This document shows, in pieces, positions 12,095-22,631 of a DNA stretch of 64,000 bases. Each line of letters opens with the position of its first letter. Position 1 is the stretch's first letter. The notes beneath the pieces were generated by a model, which saw only the letters and a list, made by a program, of their open reading frames with translations, was not told the DNA's origin and made no database searches. A program made the translations under genes and the position numbers. The DNA is from Flavobacteriales bacterium (lineage in GTDB: Bacteria > Bacteroidota > Bacteroidia > Flavobacteriales > TMED113), in assembly GCA_002718035.1 (NCBI GenBank), contig PBCX01000003.1:85393-149392 (forward strand), given 5' to 3'.

Positions 12095-13110
12095 ATTTTG
12101 TATCTACAATCTGGACTGACTGATAGCATAGTGAAATTTTTCTTTTGATATTTGTAATATCCTGCTAAAGCTATCATAGCAGCGTTATCTGTAGAATATT
12201 CAATTTTAGGAAAAGTTGAATTAATATTTAATTTTTTTTCCATTTTTTTTATTTCTTCCCTGAAATATTTGTTAGAAGCTACTCCACCTGCAATTGCAAT
12301 ATTTTTAATCTGATTTTTTTCAATTGCTAATTGAAGTTTTGTTATTAAAATATTAATGATTGTTTTTTGTATTGAAGCACAAATATGATTCATGTTTTTA
12401 TCAATGAAATTTGGATTTTTTTCTTTTTCTAATTTTAAAAAATTAAATATTTGTGTTTTTAATCCACTAAAGCTAAAATTTAAGTCTTTAACTTTAGGTT
12501 GAGTAAAAATAAATTTATTTGGGTTCCCACCAATTGATTTTTTTTCAATTATTGGTCCTCCAGGATATCCAAGACCTAGCATTTTCGCTGATTTGTCAAA
12601 AGCCTCGCCTGCAGAATCATCAAGTGTTTGACCAATAAGACTCATATCTTCAACACTTTTTACTAAAATTATTTGAGTATGTCCGCCAGAAACAGTTAAA
12701 CATAAAAAAGGAAAAGAAGGTGCACTACATTCATTATTTTCAATAAAATTAGCAATAACATGTGCCCTCATATGATTAATTTCTATAAGTGGTAATTTGA
12801 GACTTAGCGATAAACTTTTAGCAAAAGAAGTTCCGACTAGTAGAGAGCCTAATAATCCAGGTCCTCGGGTAAATGCTATTGCATTTAGTTGTTGTTTTTC
12901 AATTTTTGCTATCTTTAATGCTAGAGAAGCAATAGGTACAATGTTTTTTTGATGACATCTTGAGGCTAGTTCAGGTACAACACCGCCATATTTTTGGTGT
13001 ATTTTTTGGCTTGATACAATATTTGATAGTACTTTTTTGTTACAAGTAATGGCAACTGAAGTGTCGTCGCATGATGATTCAATTCCAAGTATGAATATGT
13101 TTTTTTTCAT
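12091..13110 (-). CDS. tsaD: tRNA N6-adenosine threonylcarbamoyltransferase
   Basis: LGIESSCDDT, GGVVPELASR, GPGL, HMRAH, VSGGHT, DDSAGEAFDK, TDNAAMIA. Confidence 0.96.
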   Translation of the reverse strand: MKKNIFILGIESSCDDTSVAITCNKKVLSNIVSSQKIHQKYGGVVPELASRCHQKNIVPIASLALKIAKIEKQQLNAIAFTRGPGLLGSLLVGTSFAKSLSLSLKLPLIEINHMRAHVIANFIENNECSAPSFPFLCLTVSGGHTQIILVKSVEDMSLIGQTLDDSAGEAFDKSAKMLGLGYPGGPIIEKKSIGGNPNKFIFTQPKVKDLNFSFSGLKTQIFNFLKLEKEKNPNFIDKNMNHICASIQKTIINILITKLQLAIEKNQIKNIAIAGGVASNKYFREEIKKMEKKLNINSTFPKIEYSTDNAAMIALAGYYKYQKKNFTMLSVSPDCRYKI

Positions 13111-13134
13111 TTTAGAAATATAAAGTTATAAATA

Positions 13135-16100
13135 TTGAATTTTAGTAAAAAAAATAAGATAGTTTTATTGTTCCTTACCCTAGTTATTGTTTTAGTTTCT
13201 TTACTAACCATAATAAGTTCTTCTTTTTTTCAAAAAAAAGCATTTTCTCACCTTTCAAAAAAAATTCAAGAACAATATAACATAACTATTAATTCTAGTA
13301 ACTTTTACTATAATTTTTTCTCAAACAAAATTCATTTAAATTTTTTAATTAGAGATGATTATCAGCAACCCATGATTTTAATTCCTCAGGTTTCTATATC
13401 TACAGAAAAAAATTTGTTTTTTTCACAAGATAATTTTGAAATTTCGGAAATAGAATTTAATGATATGGATATTTTTATAAAAAAATATAAAAATGACAGC
13501 GTCTCTAATATTCAAAGGTTTTTCAAAAAAATTTCTACTAATAATAAAGAGTCAATTAATTCTTTTTTTATTGAAAATATAAAAATTGATTTATCTAATG
13601 TTATATATGAGAGCGATTTTGATACTCTTTCTCTTAAAGAAATTAAAATTTTATGTAATAACTTTTCAATTTCAAATAATAAATCTTTAAATATTGAAAA
13701 TATATTAATTGATAATAAGAATTTTCATTTGACATCTTCTCTAAATACAAATTTTAGTAATTCTGATGAATTTTCTTTTAAAGGTATGAAGAGTAAAATC
13801 CAACCAAGTAATTATTCAAAATTAAAAAATCTAGAATTAGATGAAATTTTATTTTCTGGAGATATCATAATACAAAGAGATTCTATTAGAATTAAAAAAG
13901 CAAAATTTAACTACAAAAATTCTTATTTAGAATTTAATTTATTACACAATAAATTATCTAAAATAACATCATTTGAAGTCAATGAATCATTATTTAAAGA
14001 GACTGATATTAACTCAATTTTAATTTATAATAAATTGTCCTCAAATCTTTTAAAAAATCTTGGTGATTTATCATACAAGGGTAAAAATGAATTATTTGAG
14101 AATAATTTAAAATTACTAGGCGATTTGAAATCTAAAATTGGCTCTTCAAATTTTGATTTAAGTATATTAATTAAAGATAATTTACTCACTTCATCTTATG
14201 AAGGTTTATTTTCATTAATAGATTTTGATCTTGGGAATTTATTAGAAAAATCGAATTTTGGTTTAACTAATTTAACGACTTCCATTAAGGGTTCTGGTTT
14301 TAATAAAAATAATTTTGTTACCAATATCGATGTTAATTGTAAAGAAGTTTCAATAAATAATTATAATTATAAAAATATACAAATATCAGGTTTAGTTTCA
14401 TCCGAATTTTTTGATGGTATTATTAGAGTAAAAGATAAAAATTTCAAGGCTAATTTTAAAGGATTAGCCGACTATTCAAATAAAATTCCAAGATTCAAAT
14501 TTTCAAGTAATATTTCAAAAATTAATTTCAGAAACATTAAAATGCCAATAAATAAATATGTTAAAAATTTTTCTGGAGATTTAGTTTGTGATATATCAGG
14601 TGATTCATTTAATAATTTAAATGGCTATTTAATAGCTGAAAATTTATATTATAAAAGAGAAAAAAAACAGAACTTAAATAAGTTAACTCTAAATTTCTCA
14701 AATATTAATAATGAAAAAAATATAATTATTGATTCTGATATAGGTTCCGGTAGTTTTAAAGGAGATTACAATTTTTCTAGCTTAAGAAGTTATTTTAAAA
14801 GGAATTTTAATTCATTGTTAACTAGTTCCAGAACTGATTTCTTAAAGAAGAAAAATTTTGATATTCAATTAAATTTTAAAGAAAGTTCTTTCTTTACTAA
14901 TTTATTTTTTGACAATTTTAATTTAGGAAAATGTTTTATCAGTCTTATAAAAAATAAAAACAATTTGGTGATAAGTGGAAAGTTAAATAATTTTAAATAC
15001 TTACAGAATTCCTTTAATGAACTTAGTCTAAATTTTAATCACTCTAATGAAAAAGATTTTGAATTTTTATTTTTTAGTCAAGGTTATCAAAATAAAAAAA
15101 ATAATTTTTTTGTTGATTCCCTTTTATTTAATTCAAATTCAAATTCAAATAAAATTAATTACGATTTTACGTTAGTTAATATTAATAATGACAATGATAT
15201 AGATGCTTTTTTCTCAGGAAATTTATTAAAAGAAAAAAAAAATATAATTACATTTGATAATTCGACAGTTTCCATTTCGGGTGATAAATGGACTGTATCT
15301 CCTAACAGTATTTTTACATTTACTGATATTAAAACTTTTAATATTAAAGATTTTTCTTTAGAATCTAATGACCAATCAGTTCAGATCTCAGGATTTTCAG
15401 AGAACTTCTTAAAACTATACTTTGATTTTAAAAATTTTAACTTAACTACACTAAATAAATTTAAGAGCGACAGATCTACAAAAATTAATGGGTTGGTAGA
15501 TGGAACAATGTGGTATAGTTCAGAAAAAAAACCAATGGGTGGTTATCTAAAAATAAGCGACTTTTCTTTAAATAATATTAATTTGGGTAACTTGATTATC
15601 AATACTCAATCAAATGAAAAAAGAAAGTATTTGACTATAGATGGATATTTAAAACCCGAACAAAATAAAAAGACAATAGATCTGAATGGTACTATTTCTT
15701 TAGATAAGAGACCAAATATGAATATTTTCTTAGATTTTAATGGTCAATCAAGTAAATTTATTGGTTCACTAATTTCAAGTATTTCAGATACTAATGGTAA
15801 ACTTTTTGGAAAAGCAAATATTTACGGTCCTCATGATAAATTTTATATAGATGCAGATTTAATTGTGAAAGATTTTTCTTTTGGAGTTCCTTATTTAAAT
15901 ACTACTTATTTAGTTAAAGAAGACTATAATATTATTTGTAAAAGAAATGATATTTTATTAGATACAACAACTATTTTTGATGATTTACATAATACTAATG
16001 CACTTTTATTTGGAAATTTAACTCATTCAAATTCATTTAAAAAAATATGGTATGATATTAATATTAAATCAAATAATCTTTATTGTTTGAATACAACAAG

Positions 16101-17328
16101 TGAACAAAATGAAGTTTATTATGGTAAAGTTTTTGCTAAGGGAGATATTAATGTAAGTGGAAAGCCAGGTAGAGTTAATTTTAATATTGATGCTGAAACA
16201 AAAAATGGAACTAAGTTTAATATTCCCCTCTCGAAAGCTACAGAAATTTCTAATTACAGTAATTTAAAATTATTTAGTTCTAATAATTTATTGAAAGAAA
16301 ATGAAATAAATAATAAAGATATTACAAATAAAAATATCTTTAAAATGAACTTTAATTTGAATTTAAAATCAAATGCACAAGTACAAATAATTTACGATGA
16401 AAAAATTGGTGATATTATCAAAGGATCTGGGGATGGTAAGTTAAAGTTAAAAATTGATGAAAATAAAAATTTTGAAATGTACGGAAACGTATTAATTAAA
16501 GAAGGTGAATATTTATACACTATGCAAAATCTATTAAATAAAAATTTTACTATTGAAAGTGGAGGTTCTTTAATTTGGGATGGTTCTCCTTATGATATTA
16601 TGATAGATTTTGTCGCTTTATATAAACTTAAAACATCATTAAATTTACTTGATTCAGATTATAAATCTAGTACAAAAGTTCCTGTTTTATGTAAGATGCA
16701 TATGACAAAAAGTTTACTTAAGCCATCCGTAGATTTTATAATTGAGATTCCATCTGCTTCAGATGTAGCATTAACAAAACTTTATCAGCTAACTGACTCA
16801 GAAGAAAAAAAATTACAACAATTTATTTTTTTATTAGGTGCAAATAGTTTTTTGATTCAAGAGAGTACTGAAAATTATATTAGTAGTGGTTTAACAACTA
16901 CAGGTACTGAGCTATTATCTAATCAAATTTCAAATTGGTTATCTCAAATTACTGATGATTTTGACCTTGGTTTTCGTTGGACTCCTGGCTCAACAGACTC
17001 TCTTACTACTGATGAAATTAAATTAGCATTATCAATGAAGCTTTTAAATGATAAGTTAACAATTAATGGAAATGCTAGTAATCCAAGTACTCCTCAAGCA
17101 CAAGATAACACAGATGTCGTTAGTGAAGTTGATATTCAGTATGATTTAACAAATAATTTAAAAGTAAAGGCTTTTAATCGAACAGATGAGTATGATCCAA
17201 TAAGTGGAGAAGAATTTAGATACGAACAAGGAGTTTCGATTTTTTTTGAAAGAGAATTCAACAGTTTTTTTGATTTATTTAGAAAAAAAAATAAGAAAAA
17301 AGAAAAAAGAAAAAAGAAAAAAAATTAA
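13135..17328 (+). CDS. tamB: Translocation/assembly module TamB (DUF490) protein
   Basis: 1397 aa; N-terminal TM anchor, long beta-rich body, C-terminal G.L.W.GSPY...LLSNQISNWL...YEQGV.I.F.REF; divergent from tsaD. Confidence 0.8.
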   Translation: MNFSKKNKIVLLFLTLVIVLVSLLTIISSSFFQKKAFSHLSKKIQEQYNITINSSNFYYNFFSNKIHLNFLIRDDYQQPMILIPQVSISTEKNLFFSQDNFEISEIEFNDMDIFIKKYKNDSVSNIQRFFKKISTNNKESINSFFIENIKIDLSNVIYESDFDTLSLKEIKILCNNFSISNNKSLNIENILIDNKNFHLTSSLNTNFSNSDEFSFKGMKSKIQPSNYSKLKNLELDEILFSGDIIIQRDSIRIKKAKFNYKNSYLEFNLLHNKLSKITSFEVNESLFKETDINSILIYNKLSSNLLKNLGDLSYKGKNELFENNLKLLGDLKSKIGSSNFDLSILIKDNLLTSSYEGLFSLIDFDLGNLLEKSNFGLTNLTTSIKGSGFNKNNFVTNIDVNCKEVSINNYNYKNIQISGLVSSEFFDGIIRVKDKNFKANFKGLADYSNKIPRFKFSSNISKINFRNIKMPINKYVKNFSGDLVCDISGDSFNNLNGYLIAENLYYKREKKQNLNKLTLNFSNINNEKNIIIDSDIGSGSFKGDYNFSSLRSYFKRNFNSLLTSSRTDFLKKKNFDIQLNFKESSFFTNLFFDNFNLGKCFISLIKNKNNLVISGKLNNFKYLQNSFNELSLNFNHSNEKDFEFLFFSQGYQNKKNNFFVDSLLFNSNSNSNKINYDFTLVNINNDNDIDAFFSGNLLKEKKNIITFDNSTVSISGDKWTVSPNSIFTFTDIKTFNIKDFSLESNDQSVQISGFSENFLKLYFDFKNFNLTTLNKFKSDRSTKINGLVDGTMWYSSEKKPMGGYLKISDFSLNNINLGNLIINTQSNEKRKYLTIDGYLKPEQNKKTIDLNGTISLDKRPNMNIFLDFNGQSSKFIGSLISSISDTNGKLFGKANIYGPHDKFYIDADLIVKDFSFGVPYLNTTYLVKEDYNIICKRNDILLDTTTIFDDLHNTNALLFGNLTHSNSFKKIWYDINIKSNNLYCLNTTSEQNEVYYGKVFAKGDINVSGKPGRVNFNIDAETKNGTKFNIPLSKATEISNYSNLKLFSSNNLLKENEINNKDITNKNIFKMNFNLNLKSNAQVQIIYDEKIGDIIKGSGDGKLKLKIDENKNFEMYGNVLIKEGEYLYTMQNLLNKNFTIESGGSLIWDGSPYDIMIDFVALYKLKTSLNLLDSDYKSSTKVPVLCKMHMTKSLLKPSVDFIIEIPSASDVALTKLYQLTDSEEKKLQQFIFLLGANSFLIQESTENYISSGLTTTGTELLSNQISNWLSQITDDFDLGFRWTPGSTDSLTTDEIKLALSMKLLNDKLTINGNASNPSTPQAQDNTDVVSEVDIQYDLTNNLKVKAFNRTDEYDPISGEEFRYEQGVSIFFEREFNSFFDLFRKKNKKKEKRKKKKN

Positions 17329-18521
17329 AGATCGTGTCCTAATTTTGTTTTTTTTATGTCCATATAATTTTTGTTATAACAATTAGCTTTAATTTTAATC
17401 GGAATATTTTTTACAATTTCTAAACCATATCCTGTTAGCCCAGCTCTTTTTTTGGGATTGTTAGTCAGTAATTTAATTTTTTTAATATTCAATTCTCTAA
17501 GTATTTGTGCACCAATTCCATAGTCTCTTTGATCTGCTTTAAACCCCAAATGTAAATTTGCTTCAACTGTATCAAGTCCACCCTCCTGTAGTTTATATGC
17601 TTTTAATTTATTTGACAAGCCAATTCCTCTACCTTCCTGGTTCATGTACAAAACAACTCCTTTTTTTTCTTTTTCTATTATTTTAATAGATTCAGTTAAT
17701 TGATCTCCACAATCACATCTTAAGGACCCAATTATGTCACCTGTGAAACATGATGAATGAACTCTAACTAGAACAGGTTCATTTTTTTCCCAACTTCCTT
17801 TAATTAATGCAAGGTGTTCTAAATTAGAATTATTTGCTTTGTAAGATTTTAATTTAAATTTACCATATTTAGTTGGCATATTCACTTCTACAATTTCTTC
17901 AATTAAAGACTCTGTTTTTAATCTATATTTAATCAAATCTTCAATAGAAATAATTTTTAATTTAAATTTTTTTGCAATTTTAAATAATTCAGGAAGTCTG
18001 GCCATGGTCCCATCATCGTTCATTATTTCAACAATAATTCCCGCTGACCTCAAACCAGCTAGTTTACATAAATCTATTGCTGCTTCAGTATGCCCACTTC
18101 TTCTTAGTACTCCTCCATCCATTGCTTTTAGTGGAAAAATATGACCAGGTCTTGCCAAATCCTTTGTTTTTGTGTTAGGACTAGACAAAGCTTTAATTGT
18201 TTCAGCTCTATCATTTGCTGAAATTCCTGTAGAACAATTCCCACCAATTTTATCAACTGAAATTGTAAATTGAGTTTTTAGAGGATCTGTATTTTTCCCA
18301 ACCATTAAATCTAAGTTTAAATTTTCACATATTTGAGACGATAATGGTGTGCAAACAAGTCCTCTACCATTTTTTATCATAAAGTTTACAAGATCTGGAG
18401 TTACTTTTTCTGCTGCAGCAACAAAATCCCCTTCATTTTCTCTATTTTCATCATCAACAACAATAATAATTTTACCTTTTTTTATATCATCAATTGCTTC
18501 TTTTATATTATCTAATGTCAT
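17325..18521 (-). CDS. ribBA: Bifunctional DHBP synthase / GTP cyclohydrolase II
   Basis: DDENRENEGD, RPGHIFPL, GHTEAA, RVHSSCFTGD, SLRCDCG, QEGRGIGL, LTNNP. Confidence 0.96.
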   Translation of the reverse strand: MTLDNIKEAIDDIKKGKIIIVVDDENRENEGDFVAAAEKVTPDLVNFMIKNGRGLVCTPLSSQICENLNLDLMVGKNTDPLKTQFTISVDKIGGNCSTGISANDRAETIKALSSPNTKTKDLARPGHIFPLKAMDGGVLRRSGHTEAAIDLCKLAGLRSAGIIVEIMNDDGTMARLPELFKIAKKFKLKIISIEDLIKYRLKTESLIEEIVEVNMPTKYGKFKLKSYKANNSNLEHLALIKGSWEKNEPVLVRVHSSCFTGDIIGSLRCDCGDQLTESIKIIEKEKKGVVLYMNQEGRGIGLSNKLKAYKLQEGGLDTVEANLHLGFKADQRDYGIGAQILRELNIKKIKLLTNNPKKRAGLTGYGLEIVKNIPIKIKANCYNKNYMDIKKTKLGHDL

Positions 18522-19684
18522 TTATTAAAAATTTTATTTAATTTATTGGTTGATTTTTTCCAATTAAATTTAGTTTCCACGAATTTAAATCCATTTTCAA
18601 TTAGATTCAAATTTTTTTCTTTATTATTAAATAATTCAATACAATAATTAGCAAATTCAGTTTTATCGTTAGCTATTATAATTTCCTTCTCACTTGCATT
18701 TAATGACTTATTAGCTGTTTTAGTTGTTATACATGGTATTTTCATTGACATAGCTTCTAATAGTTTATTTTGTAAACCTGAGCCAATAAACATCGGGGCA
18801 ACAAAAACAGAACCCTTTTCGTATGCATCTCTTATATCTTCAACAAAACCTGTTATTTTTATATTTTTGTGAAGTTTTGATAACTTTCTTACTTCCTTAT
18901 TAGGATTAGATCCAGCAATAACAACTTTTGTGTTATTTTCTTTTTTTAATACTAATGGAAATATTTCTTCGCATATAAATTTAGCTGCCAAAACATTAGG
19001 TCGATAACTCATATTTCCCACAAAGATTATAGTATTTTTTTTATATGTATCATTTTTTCTTTTAAAATAATTAGTTTCAATACCATTTTCAATAATGCAA
19101 ATATTTTTTTTATTTACATGATTAATATAATCTCTATCATATTTTGAGATGATTGTATGATTCTCAAAATAATTAAAAATATTTTTTTCGTATTCTTTTA
19201 CTCTTTTGTACTCAAATAATAGAATTAATTTCATTAGTGTATTTGATTTTTTAGATCTTCTATTAAGGCCTAAAGAGAAACAATCCATATAGTCAATCAT
19301 TTTTTTTTCATTTCTTTTTTTTATAAATTCTGTTGTTCTAATTAATTGACAGTAAATAAATTCTGGTTTAATTAAATCAATAATTTCATTTATTTTTTTG
19401 TGACTTCTTTTTGAGTAATAATATGAAATTTGAATTGGTAATTTTTTGATTATCGAGTGATAGATTAAATTAAAAATTCGACTTATTTCAGTATTGTGAA
19501 TTAAATGAAAACTTTGTATATATTTTTTTAAATCTTTATTAATTTTAGCATTTTTTGATGAGCTTAAAGAAATAAGATGAATATCATTATAATTTGAAAG
19601 ATATTTTATTTGATAAAAAATTCTTAGTTTATCTCCCTTATCTAAAATTTCAGGAACTCTAGGAGTTATTATGACTATTTTCAT
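18518..19684 (-). CDS. Glycosyltransferase family 4
   Basis: GDKLR, IFVGNMSYRPN, APMFIGSGLQNKLLEAMSM GT-B motif. Confidence 0.85.
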   Translation of the reverse strand: MKIVIITPRVPEILDKGDKLRIFYQIKYLSNYNDIHLISLSSSKNAKINKDLKKYIQSFHLIHNTEISRIFNLIYHSIIKKLPIQISYYYSKRSHKKINEIIDLIKPEFIYCQLIRTTEFIKKRNEKKMIDYMDCFSLGLNRRSKKSNTLMKLILLFEYKRVKEYEKNIFNYFENHTIISKYDRDYINHVNKKNICIIENGIETNYFKRKNDTYKKNTIIFVGNMSYRPNVLAAKFICEEIFPLVLKKENNTKVVIAGSNPNKEVRKLSKLHKNIKITGFVEDIRDAYEKGSVFVAPMFIGSGLQNKLLEAMSMKIPCITTKTANKSLNASEKEIIIANDKTEFANYCIELFNNKEKNLNLIENGFKFVETKFNWKKSTNKLNKIFNK

Positions 19685-20834
19685 AAATTAATTTTTTCCA
19701 GTTTTTTATAACAACATTTGTTGAAAAATATTGATTAATTAATTTTTTTCCTTCTTTGCTTAATTTATTAAATAAAATTTCATCATATTTAAGATTTTTA
19801 ATTGAATTCAAAAACTCTAATTCATCATTACAAATCAAAATATTTTTTTTGTTTTTACAATTTATTCCTTGTGCTCCTTTTTTTGTACTAATTATTGGTA
19901 TTCCCATTGACATTCCCTCAAGAATTTTAATTCTGATTCCACTTCCTGAAAAAATAGGTACAATCATAACAGATTTGCTAATCATGTAATTTTCAGAATT
20001 TTCTACTAACCCCCTAATTTTTAATGATTTATGATTTTTTTTTTTTAAGTATTTAGGCATTTTTTTTCCAGCTAAATGCAGTGTTCCTATTTTTTTATTT
20101 ATTAAATGTTTAATCCAGACATTGTTTAAAAACCATTCAATCCCATCCATATTTGGCTTCCAATCCATTGCCCCAAGATGAAAAATACTAAATTCTTTTG
20201 GGATAATTCTATTTTTAATTTTAAAGGAAACGGGTAGAATTTCAATCCTTTTTTTTATTTTTTTTTCAAAATATTTTTTGTCATTTTTTGAAATACAGAA
20301 TAAAAAATCACATTTTGAACAAATAAAATTTTCCCATTTTTTCATTTGTAATTTTAAAAAAAAGTATGCTATTTTTTTAAATAAATTTCTTGTATTACTA
20401 ACTAAATCATTCCAAATTTCATGTTCTACATTATGAGTTCTAATTATTGTTTTACATTTACATTTATTTTTAATGTCTTGCAAGTATACTGAGGGAAATA
20501 CTCCTTCAAATAATACATATTCATATTTTTTTTTGTTAATAATGTTAGTTATTTTTTTAGAAATTTTTTTATCGTAAAATCTGTTAGTTTGATAGCATTT
20601 TTTTGAAAATAAACTATTTATAAGTTTTGAAAAATTAAATTTTGTATTTATTTGAAATAATGTTTGATTTGTGTGATTATTTTGATTTTTATTCCTTTTA
20701 GTATTTGAATCAAGAGCTATAATATCTATAATTTCATATTTTGTCTTGAGATCATTATATAACTTTTTAACAGCTAGGCTTCCACCATCAATGGAAGGAA
20801 ATACAGCTTTGTGTGAAATAATTAAAATTTTCAT
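19659..20834 (-). CDS. Glycosyltransferase family 4
   Basis: FPSIDGG, HNVEHEIW, FHLGAMDWKPN, VPIFSGSGIRIKILEGMSMG. Confidence 0.85.
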   Translation of the reverse strand: MKILIISHKAVFPSIDGGSLAVKKLYNDLKTKYEIIDIIALDSNTKRNKNQNNHTNQTLFQINTKFNFSKLINSLFSKKCYQTNRFYDKKISKKITNIINKKKYEYVLFEGVFPSVYLQDIKNKCKCKTIIRTHNVEHEIWNDLVSNTRNLFKKIAYFFLKLQMKKWENFICSKCDFLFCISKNDKKYFEKKIKKRIEILPVSFKIKNRIIPKEFSIFHLGAMDWKPNMDGIEWFLNNVWIKHLINKKIGTLHLAGKKMPKYLKKKNHKSLKIRGLVENSENYMISKSVMIVPIFSGSGIRIKILEGMSMGIPIISTKKGAQGINCKNKKNILICNDELEFLNSIKNLKYDEILFNKLSKEGKKLINQYFSTNVVIKNWKKLIYENSHNNS

Positions 20835-22145
20835 TTATATTCTTTCTTTTTGCATTTTATAAGTTAAAAGAATTCCTAACATAAAAAATAAAATTGTAGG
20901 TCCCCATATTCCAAATATACTGTCAATTACATTTTTTTTTACTAATTTTTCTCCTGTGATTGAAATTATGTGATATAAAATAAATAATATAATTGATATA
21001 ACTACGGGTAAACCAAATCCACCTTTCTTAATTATTCCCCCCAATGGTGCACCAATAAGAAACATTATTATACATGCAATTGAATAGGTGTATTTTTTAT
21101 TTAATTCAACTTTTAATTTACTCAGATATTTATTTTTTCTTTCAATATCACGATTAATATATTGGATACTATTTAAATTATTTTTTAAATTATTTTTTGT
21201 TTTTTTTGCAATGATAATTTTATCACTTTTTATATTTTTTTTTGCTGGTTTTATTTTATTTGATATAACTAAAATAGAATGTCCTTTTTTATTAAATTCT
21301 TTTTTTTGTTCTTTAATATTTTGATTAACTGAGTCGATAACATTTTTTAGTTGACTTATATTCATCGTTTTTGCTTTATTGTTAAAACGATCAGTACTTC
21401 CTCTGTTAAATTTAAAAGATGATAAATCTAATTTTAAATTGAACAAATCAAATTTAGTAGTCACAATACAGTTTTTTTTATTTTCATCAAAGCAATTATT
21501 TTCGGAATAACTAACACCATTTATTAGACTTACATTTAAATAATCCTCATCTTTACTCATTTTAATATTTGCTTCAGAAGCTAAAAATGTTTTCTTTACT
21601 TTTTTTTCTGAATGATCTAAAATAATAATGTCTTTAAAATTATTATCGTCAATTTTTTTTTCAACTTTTAAACTATAACCATTGATTTCATTAAAAAAAA
21701 CTCCTTCTTCAAGAGAAAAAGCTAACTTTTTATGAATAATATCATACATTAAATTAGTGTTCTTTAGATTTGCATACGGAATTATTTTATCAGAAAAAAT
21801 GAACGAAAAAAAACTAATACAAATTGAACAAAATAAAATTGATTTTATTGTTTCAAAATAAGATATTCCTGATGATTTAATTGCAATATATTCAGATTTT
21901 TCTGAGAGGTTTCCCATTATCATAATCGATGATAGTAGAACTGCTAAAGGAAGACCTACTGGAACTAGAGTGTAAGAAGCGTATAAAAGTAATTCAAAAA
22001 TTAAATATGTATCAAGACCTTTTCCAATTAAATCATCAATATATTTCCATAAAAACTGCATTAATAGTATAAAAATAACAATGGAAAAAGTATAAAAAAA
22101 TGGTTTTATAAAAGCAATTGTGATTGATTTATTAAGTTTTTTCAA
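20835..22145 (-). CDS. LptF/LptG family LPS export permease
   Basis: FILLMQFLWKYIDDLIGKGL, PLAVLLSSIM, E..AIKSSGIS, IGAPLGGIIKKGGFG. Confidence 0.9.
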   Translation of the reverse strand: MKKLNKSITIAFIKPFFYTFSIVIFILLMQFLWKYIDDLIGKGLDTYLIFELLLYASYTLVPVGLPLAVLLSSIMIMGNLSEKSEYIAIKSSGISYFETIKSILFCSICISFFSFIFSDKIIPYANLKNTNLMYDIIHKKLAFSLEEGVFFNEINGYSLKVEKKIDDNNFKDIIILDHSEKKVKKTFLASEANIKMSKDEDYLNVSLINGVSYSENNCFDENKKNCIVTTKFDLFNLKLDLSSFKFNRGSTDRFNNKAKTMNISQLKNVIDSVNQNIKEQKKEFNKKGHSILVISNKIKPAKKNIKSDKIIIAKKTKNNLKNNLNSIQYINRDIERKNKYLSKLKVELNKKYTYSIACIIMFLIGAPLGGIIKKGGFGLPVVISIILFILYHIISITGEKLVKKNVIDSIFGIWGPTILFFMLGILLTYKMQKERI

Positions 22146-22162
22146 AATAAATTTTTAATTCT

Positions 22163-22537
22163 TTAAGAACCAATACTTTTCATTAGTGCTTGAACTTGAG
22201 TATTCCAAAGATTTATCTCGTGTTCTTTTTCATCTTCGCTTTCTGAAAAATCAGTAATAATTAAAATGACATCATTTGTAATTGAATCAATATCAATCTT
22301 AAATTCAAAATAACTTTCATCTTCAGAGTCAAGCCATTTAAATCTTACTAAATAATTATTTATTTTTTTTACTAGTTCTGCTTCTTGATCTCCATCATCC
22401 CAAATAAATGTATAAGTATTTCCATTCCAATTTACATCATTAGCAAACCATTCAGATAATCCTGTGGGAGTTGAAACTGCATTAAAAAGTATTTTAACAG
22501 ATGATTTGATTGGGAATTCTATACTGTATTTTATCAT
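22163..22537 (-). CDS. START-like (SRPBCC) domain protein
   Basis: STPTGLSEWFANDV, YTFIWDD, VRFKW, DVILIITDF; matches the conserved Bacteroidota START-like family. Confidence 0.8.
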   Translation of the reverse strand: MIKYSIEFPIKSSVKILFNAVSTPTGLSEWFANDVNWNGNTYTFIWDDGDQEAELVKKINNYLVRFKWLDSEDESYFEFKIDIDSITNDVILIITDFSESEDEKEHEINLWNTQVQALMKSIGS

Positions 22538-22631
22538 TTTAAAAAAATTGTTTAATTCAATATAGATAAATATTTTATTTTTTGAAGATTAATTATTCAA
22601 TTTATTTAATTTTAGTTTTAAATAATAAATA

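Noticed and set aside
15130-15151. (AATTCA)n microrepeat in tamB
   Set aside because: About 3.5 in-frame hexamers encoding NSNSNSN; frame-neutral and expected at this composition.
17281-17325. Poly-A-rich tract at the end of tamB
   Set aside because: Encodes a Lys-rich disordered tail; no frameshift consequence evident.
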